Shown here piece after piece: positions 56,006 to 64,000 of a stretch of DNA of 64,000 nucleotides. The stretch is from Aplysia californica (Eukaryota). The notes below the pieces were generated by a model, which did not search any database, was not told the origin of the DNA, and was given only the letters and a program-made list of their open reading frames with translations. The translations under genes were made by a program, and so were the position numbers. Each line of letters starts with the position of its first letter. Position 1 is the first letter of the stretch. The stretch lies in contig NW_004797328.1 of NCBI RefSeq assembly GCF_000002075.1, positions 1,823,241 through 1,887,240 of the forward strand, in the 5' to 3' direction.

Positions 56006-58469
56006 TTAATATTAATCATGAATTAGTCATGAAAAGAACCTGCATGGGGATAACAGTAACAGTGAGACCATCTTAAGCTAAACTGACCGTCTGAATAGAT
56101 GAAAAGAGTCATATACAATATTTTTCCATATTAATAAATAAGGGCCGCCAGTCTGGGGGAGGTAATTATGCTAGAAACACCGTCTCTGGACACGGCATCC
56201 ACCTTTAACTTTAATTTAGTTTTGGTACAAAAATTACAGCACTTAAAACAAAAAATAGGTAATGTAACTGCCAAAGATTAGAAGTGACACTAGATAGTAA
56301 AACACAAATTAAAGGAGGAAAGACAAGGACGGTAGATTTTTAATAGGAAGAAGAAGTAAACCACACCAGAGCTCCGGCCAACCACCCACCTTGCACCTCG
56401 ACCTTGGGGTTGGAGAACTTGTCTCGCTATGCTTTTTTAGCAAACCAGCGATCACGTTTCAATCACAGCATGAAGGTGTTGAGCCTTCACTCCGGTTCAT
56501 ACAAGTATAATCATTAAGTGTATTTCGGTCTCTCAGTCTCTGTATTTCTACTGATTATAAATCTCATTTTACGCCCCCCTTGACACAGTTTTTGGCCAAG
56601 CCGCGTTGGGTGGAACCCGGCACACCAGCAGCTAGAAGGAGATTAGATACCAGATAAAAATAAAACTTCTCCACCAGAGAATCGAACGCTCGTTTTTGGT
56701 TGGCAACGGCGTAGAATCTATTTTTTTAATTAAAAAAAACAACAACAACCCCGAGCTTGTTTGTTTGGGGGAGGGTGGGGGGGGGGTTATAATTTTGTCG
56801 ATAGATGGATGGATTGATCGATGGATGGATAGAAAGTAACTTGTGAAAAACAAACACGTAAATCTGTTTGCATATTTTTAGACAATACGTTTAATTTGTA
56901 GAAGAAGACATGAATATCTCGCTGTCAACGTTGACCTTGGTACGCGTGTTCTTGAGTTATTTTCAAAGCTTCGGTGTTGATAGACGCCATAGTTGTGAGT
57001 TTTCGCAGCTCCTTCCTCCCAGCATTTGTTTGTTGAATCTGGTAGACGTGTAGGGCTTTGACTTAGTTTGTAAAAAACAACAACCCAGACAAACAAACTA
57101 GATAAAACTAAACTACCCGATAAAACTAAACTACACCTTTAGTCTGACATCAGAAAATGCCTAGGATCCATCAATTGAACCGTACACTTGATAAACAAAC
57201 AAATAAACAAATGAATGAACAAATGAATATATAAATGAATGAATAAATGAATGAATGAATGAATAAATGTTGATGCTGAAATGTGGGTTACAATGAAAAG
57301 AACGAGCGTTGGTCCATGTCAAACAATACCCAAGACGTTATAAATACAACCAAACACGCCATGTAATCTGGCCACTCTTCTTGCGTGCTTGTTATCGTCT
57401 TTTGCTCAAGGTCACACCCCAACAGCCATGCCGGACTACCATGAGGGTGACCTCGCTTGGAACCTCCAACAAGGTGTCCTTGACCTTGGTTTATTTGGGA
57501 AGTTTCAAGACTATATTATTATATTCCCCGGACTTGGCTTCCTCCTAACTACTATGGACATTGAATTCATAGGTTCTGCTTCTTGGCACCATTACAATAT
57601 TGAAAGAGATGTTCACCCATCCCGTAATATTTTTATACCTATCGGCTGAACAGATAAAATCATTAATTTAATTTAACACAAGTAGCAGGCCTACAAGAAA
57701 GATTGAATTCTGAATGTACAAAAAAACATGAAACAGATAAGAGCAATAATATAGCCATAGTAAAATGCTATTTCCATACTTTGGAGTTAAGGCAGACTAC
57801 AGGACAGCACTTGTAGCTCCAGAAAGCTGACGTGTCTTTGTTGGAACAGAAATAAACCCAAGAGATAAATGTATCATGCTATAGTTCGTATAGATTCACA
57901 GATAGACTGACGTCTCAGTATATCTTTCTATTTCCTCATACCACTCCATACGAGCCTCGATAACATCGAAGATAAATTATGTTTTGTCAAGTGCAGTGTT
58001 ATCACTAAATGTTGTTCGGGAAAATCGAAGATTAGATATCTGTGTTAACGCCTGCCATTGCTTTCGTGGGCTGTCGTGACACCGCAACAAACCAACATAC
58101 ATTCTTTTGTAAGGACGCTGACACTGTTGGAACATGATAATAATAATCATTAATATTATAGACAGAACATTTTCAATGGATCTAGGGAACTCATCATAAA
58201 GTTCCCGACCTGAAACAAACATCGGTGATTGGGGTTCTCCATTTATTTCTCCTCTCGGACACTCTTAAACATCCTAAATTATCCTGGTGTTTTCCCATCA
58301 ACCATCTGTCCAGGTTTTTCAAATAAGTGTCTGTCTGCCGCTGCTTCGCTTGCTTTTAATTTTTTTTTTTAGGGAGAGCAAGATGTTCAAAGCCTTATAA
58401 TATGTTGATATAGGAAACTACTGGTGTACAAAATTATTAAAAAGAAAATGTCAGCATGCGTATCAGATA

Positions 58470-58837
58470 AGTCGGTAGAGTTTTGGTTCGCAAAACGTCT
58501 GCTGCGTATCTCATGGACAGAAAAACAAGGAAGAAGTCTTGGTTGAAGCAAATGCATACAGTAACTTATGACGAATATACGAAAGCGACAGGCGAAGTTC
58601 ATTGGACAATCATAGCGGAAAGAAGCTTTGGAGAATATTGTAACAACAGGTAAGTTTGATGGAAAGAGAGGCAGACGCAGACAGAGCGAAAAGATATTGG
58701 ACCGGTTGACAACATGGCTGGGAACAGCAAGAACGACAGACACCATCGCTGCAACGTAAGACAGAGTGAAGTGGAGGTCCACGATCGCCCCCTCCAGTCG
58801 GCAAGGCACCTGATGATGATGATGATGATGATGATGA
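58470..58837 (+). mobile_element. LINE 3' end with (TGA)n tail
   Basis: RLLRISWTEK, IRKRQAKFIG, LENIVTTGKFDGKRGRRR-like translation, ending GGCACC(TGA)n. Confidence 0.75.
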
Positions 58838-58980
58838 GATGAGTGTGAATTCCTAGAAGTCACAAGATAGAGACCCATCAGTAGAACAAAAAAGCCGGTG
58901 CGCCTGACAATGTAAAGCCAAATGTGGCACGTGTGTCCATGGTCTACTCACCTTTAGATGTTCCAGTTAGCGACCAGGGA

Positions 58981-61258
58981 TCACTTGCCGAAATAAGCTG
59001 GGAATGAATCGAGNNNNNNNNNNNNNNNNNNNNNNNNNNNNNNNNNNNNNNNNNNNNNNNNNNNNNNNNNNNNNNNNNNNNNNNNNNNNNNNNNNNNNNN
59101 NNNNNNNNNNNNNNNNNNNNNNNNNNNNNNNNNNNNNNNNNNNNNNNNNNNNNNNNNNAAAGGAAGGAATAGACAAGTCTTTTGATATGCACACCTGATT
59201 TGATCATCGTTGTGAATGGGCTTTCTAAATAATCGGATAGGGTCTGATACGGGGAAATGTACGCACCTTTAAAATCTTACAAGCATGCTTTCCAAAATGT
59301 TTATTCTTTCCCTTAGATTTTGTAAGAATTTTACGACACTAGCAACACAATTAGGTTATACAAGTGCAAACGATTAGAGGTGTTAGGGTGCTCTCGTAGC
59401 CTTGAAGTGAAGGTGTTCGCCTCTCATTCACTAGGTCCCTGGTTCAAATCCGGATAGGGACGGAAAATTTTCTTCTTTCAAAATGTTCTCCTTTTAAATC
59501 CTTTCCTGCTCTTTAACAATGTTCTGTCGTCTGCTTCTGTCTCAACTTTCTGCCCCCACCCCCTCAGCTTCTTTGCCCCCTCCACTGGGCTCCCGATTCT
59601 TTCTGCAGCCCTTAGTGCTGTCTTTCAGCCAGACAACTGATCTTATGGTAAGGAAGATCTACACCTTGCCTTCTCGGAGACGGACAAAAAAATCCCGGAG
59701 ATCCCTTGTGCAAGCTGTGCGAGTTAAAGATACCTTGGTGGTCCAAAATAGATAAGATAAGGCTTCGGCCGCCACCCGGGCAAAATTCTTAATGCCCTAA
59801 CAACTGAAAATGTTTAGTGTGTCCCGCGCGCTCAAAATGACATTATGTAGTTGCGAGCGCTGTAAAACACTTACCCCCAAAAAGGTGGGGGGCGGGGGGG
59901 CGGGGAGATGTTACAAGACAGTAACAAACACAAAAAGAAAGAGAGATGAGAACGATTGATGTTTGACAGAAAAAAAAGAAAGAAAGAAACAGACCACACC
60001 ACAACACCCGCCAACCACCCACACCCCATACTACTGATCCCAAGTCGGAAATAACACATTTGTGTGTGTGTGGGGGGGGGGGGGTATTTTTGTTTTTTGG
60101 GAGTTTTTTTGGTAAGTGTTTTACAGCGTTCTCAACTGCATAAGGTCATAAGAGCGTGTGGGACACATTAAACTATTTCAGTTGGTAGGAAATTTTGAAT
60201 TTTGCCCGGGTGGCGGTCGAAGCCTACTCTTATCGATCTTAGACCACCAAATCTGTGTTTGGGAGGGTATTAAACATCATAATTGTCATAAAAACAAGAC
60301 AACTTAACCTCTTCACTGCTAGATGTGAGAATTGAGTGGTGAGGCAAGTCTTCTTGTAAAAGCACATTCCTGCGTTTCATAAATTTTAGTTTTTAGAGAC
60401 CAAAAATAATCCACTGTATACTTCTTTTTTAGTTAGAATTTAGTTTGGTATAGTCGTCCCCTCTCCATCGACGGCCCAATAATTGTCAAGGCTCAACCCC
60501 ACAACAATTTGACAGTGAGCTGATCCTGCTGAGACGACCTTGGTGTTTACAAAACGTTGTCTTCCCCTGCAGATTCCCAAACTTTTTTATCCCTCAGATG
60601 TATCAATGTCATGCTCATACAATGCCGGAACAACAAAGGGGGAACTGCTGCTTCTTCCGTCTTCATCCTTACTATCGCCATTTTTTCCTCAACTTCTTTT
60701 GTATGTTTGTCACTCTCCTGCGAACTGCTATTCCCGGGGTGCCTAGATAGTCGAAGCAGACTTGGGTACCGTTGTGGCTACAGGAGTGAGCAGAGTAGGC
60801 CCGATTCCCCGTTTGGACGTCTTTGTTGATATCCACCTCTTGGCGCTCATATGACCTTATGCAGTTGCGAGGGCCGTAAAACCTTACTAAAAAAAAAACA
60901 CCCAAAGAACGAAGACTTGGTAAATGACTTCAGATTTGTTGTCACCCCCTCCTTCCCTTTCGGCGCCACACAAGTGGCTGCCAATTTTGAATAAAGCACA
61001 AATAACCATCCCTGTTACACTTTTTACGGTACTATTCTCTTGTTGGGAATAAAGTATACCTGGGTTGGTGAGTACGCATTTCTTTAAGTGCTCGATAGCT
61101 TTGACACAGGTGGTGGCTTCTGTAAGCTGGTTGCTGTGGATATATTGATTGGGAGAGTTTTGAGTTTGAGGATGAGCAATAGGCACGTCTACACGCGCAC
61201 ACACACATACACATTATACAAAATCCCATACACGTACAAACACACAAACACACACACA

Positions 61259-61300
<42 letters not shown>

Positions 61301-62673
61301 CACAAACTCGTTCACATACACACGTATAAACACAGCCACCAGCTCGCACGCGCATAGGCATACATACAAAAAGCCATACATATACTTTCATATGCACACA
61401 ACCATTACCATACACATACACATGTATAGGCACAAGCATGTACACTAGCGCAAAGACTTTCTTGCCTTTCAATTTATGGTTGCTGTAGAATGCTAATGAG
61501 ACTAAGCACAGCTCTTGCGGACATACTACGATACATTATGACGAGTTGTTTGTAACAGCCATGACAAAAGGTGTCAGTCAAAATGTTACATCCTACATAA
61601 TATATTATGATGAGATGGGGTGGGATGATATGATATAATGTGTCATACGACGTGACACATGATCTGATATGATTTAATGACTTGCAAATATCTTGTCTTC
61701 CATTATATCTTAAAGCGCATCTGGAGGCACAAGTCGTGCCTGTAGTTGTGTGGTTGCGACAAAGATTACCTAGCCAAAGAGACGAAGTCGTCCAGTTCCT
61801 TCTTGCACGGGTTGCTGTCCTCGCCCACCGCTGTCCACTGCCCTGTTTTATATTCCCTGCCCTGAAGCATCTTGGCGGCCACTCCGCTGCCAAAGGCAGT
61901 TCCCTGACATTACAGGAAGTATCGTATTTGTCGTTGATCGTTTATGACTGCCTTGGGCTGTGCACCGAAATTACAGGTAACATTTTATTTGTCGTTGATT
62001 GCATTTAATGACTACATAGGGCGGGACCCTGACGTTACAGGAAAACATGTATTTGTCGTTGATTGTTAATGGCTGTGCCCATTACTGGAAAAAAATCATA
62101 GATAGTCAGAGAACAAGTTGGCTCGATCCCTATAAATAAACACTACATAAAATGGTTTGGACATGAAAAGCCCGCCACCAGACAAAGTTGCAGCAGCGAG
62201 AGCATACAATCAGAAAGCAGAAGGATACAGAAGAAGAGGCTGGCCAAGGAAAAGATGGGTACAGGGCGTCAGAGAAACGTTAGACAGAAACCAAATAACC
62301 AAGCAACAGGCAATACAACAAACAAGAGAATACTGTTGTCTTTGAATCCCTAGATTGAATCGTGTAGCTTTTTTTCTACGTCAAAATTGGATTCAACTTG
62401 GTATATTGTTTGTTAGTGGTCATATTTTCTTCGGGTTGCACTTTTTTCCAGTATATATACACAGAGACATTAGAACTACACGTGTCCTTAGATTCAACAA
62501 TTCTCTCAGCAGAAACCAAACACGGTTGCCCCAGTCCTGGACTCACCAGCACTGCGTTCATTGGGGCGCCAGAGATGAGTTTGTGGACACTGGCTCTGGT
62601 CCGGCTAGCGGACATCGTCTTATGGATGGCACCTCGAGACGAGGATCTGCTGCGCTTGCTGTGGGAAGATTTC
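58981..62673 (-). CDS. CHCHD2/10-like paralog, copy B (divergent, second Cys replaced by Leu); first exon unresolved
   Basis: Exons 62673 (or 62658)-62547, 61903-61770, 61133-61060, 58997-58981, with the same intron phases (2,0,2,1) as copy A. Protein: ...KRSRSSSRGAIHKTMSASRTRASVHKLISGAPMNAVLGTAFGSGVAAKMLQGREYKTGQWTAVGEDSNPCKKELDDFVSLASNQLTEATTCVKAIEHLKKCVLTNPAYFGK*. The 134-nt exon has the same length as its copy A counterpart and 19/44 identical residues. A possible first exon is 63131-63079 (MPAARKENTVSIPYSYI, phase 2, weak donor). Confidence 0.75.
59385..59873 (+). mobile_element. SINE family 1 full-length copy
   Basis: Head GGGTGCTCTCGTAGCC...GGTTCAAATCCGG, core and tail as in 21981-22503. 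Further partial copies at ~52292-52405 (+) and ~60112-60250 (-). Confidence 0.8.
62140..62330 (+). mobile_element. LINE 3' fragment
   Basis: KWFGHxK / AARAYNQKAEGYRRRGWPRKRWVQGVRE resembles the RT C-terminus. Confidence 0.6.
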
Positions 62674-62744
62674 CTGGGGTGGGATTAGGGGGTTTGGGAG
62701 CACATCGTTTAGATTAACGTTGTCATAAAGTTATGATTTTATAG

Positions 62745-62950
62745 ATGTGGCGTGGTGTTCATTTATTAAAGTGGCATGGTGTCCATCTCTTAGTGTGACA
62801 CGGTGTCCATTTATTGATGAGCACCTTGTTCACTTATTGATGAGGCACGGTGTCCTTGTATTGATGTCGTTCTTTACCCATTTATTAGTAAGCAGCGGCG
62901 TCAATTTATGTATTGATGAGTCTGGGTATCCAGTTATTGACGAGTCGCCG
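62745..62950. repeat. Degenerate ~24-bp minisatellite
   Basis: Repeated G.GGCA.GGTGTCCATTTATTGAT unit. Confidence 0.65.
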
Positions 62951-64000
62951 TGTTTCAAGTTTACCCAGCCAAATCCAGCTATCTATGTCTCGGGGGGGGG
63001 GGGGGAGAGGGAGGGAGAGGGGGATCGGGGTCTGGGTTTTTTTAGTTCTTTATTTTCTGTCCCAGAAAATGGGGTTACGCAATGTAAGAGTATGGGATTG
63101 AGACAGTATTTTCCTTCCTCGCTGCTGGCATCTTGTTCCCCTTTTTTCTTCTTGTTATGTTTTTTTTTCTCTTTCTCGTTCCAAAACCAACCGTGCGTTT
63201 GTCACAGATAGTTGATCTAGTCTTAGTTCTTTTGACATCCGTGGACCGTTACCACACCGAGGTGTCACTCTTCTATCCTAGACCCTGCCATCTTAGTTAA
63301 GTATTAGAGTCACGAGTCACTGTATCCAAAAGGTTGACGGGTTAATTGCTGGACCACACATGTAATTGAATTGTTAACATTCAACGTCCGTATTTAGATC
63401 TAGAATCTAGATCTAAGATTCTAGACCTTAGATCTAGGGTATTTCCATTAATTGGATGAGCCGCTTATTGGGCACATTCAATAATAATCATTCATATTAC
63501 TGATCACAGACGAGAATACCTTGCCGACTCGAAATAGATTAATTATACAATTCAAACTTTACTCGACAAGCCCGACAGTTGCACACATCCTCAAGTGGAA
63601 TTGAAGCTATTGAATGCTCGAAGTGTGGCCCCTGAAATGATGTGCCGTAACATCTAACTAAATCGACAATTTGCGACATTTTTCAAAGCGAAAATCGTGT
63701 CCAAGGCCCTAAAAAAAAACCTAGATCTCTACATCTAGAATCTAGATATAGAATCTAGATAGATATCTAGATATCTAGATTCTAGATCTAGATCTAGTAA
63801 ATCTATAGTTTACAGCTACAAAATAATACACTTTAAGTTTCAGAGACGGCAGTATTTCTACAAATTTACCAAAATTTTTATGCGTCAGAATTTGTCTCAT
63901 CGGCCACAGCAGAAGCCATAGATCTAAGTCATCTCAACTGAAATTTAATTCTTCCAATTTTTCTATTTTACTTGAAAATTAGTAGGTATTTTTATAGAAG

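Noticed and set aside
57389-57649. 86-aa plus-strand ORF
   Set aside because: No recognisable homology or splice context; more likely antisense to the copy B 3' UTR.
61474-61893. 139-aa Cys/Arg-rich minus-strand ORF
   Set aside because: Wrong frame over the copy B 134-nt exon, running on into intron.

Overview
Eukaryotic (animal) genomic DNA, intron-rich and repeat-rich, with several assembly gaps. The repeat content suggests a mollusc, probably a gastropod, but this is inference. Manual exon assembly gives five spliced genes: TRIAP1 (+, 2 exons, GC-AG intron), a KCTD10/BACURD-type BTB adaptor (-, 5 coding exons), UFL1 (+, 16 exons, 789 aa) head-to-head with KCTD10, and a tandem pair of divergent CHCHD2/CHCHD10 (Mix17)-like twin-CX9C genes on the - strand that the ORF track does not show as intact ORFs. 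The second CHCHD-like copy keeps the exon phases of the first but has lost the second Cys of the twin CX9C motif and has a Ser/Arg-rich rather than Pro-rich N-terminal region. Introns and intergenic DNA hold RTE-type LINE fragments, tRNA-derived SINEs (one family with a Deu/Nin-like core), and non-autonomous DNA transposons with readable TSDs (TA, TTAA, 7, 8 and 9 bp). These include nested insertions and an inverted pair of a 1.19-kb element bracketing the UFL1 first exon. All gene models come from reading the sequence by eye; no database search was run.
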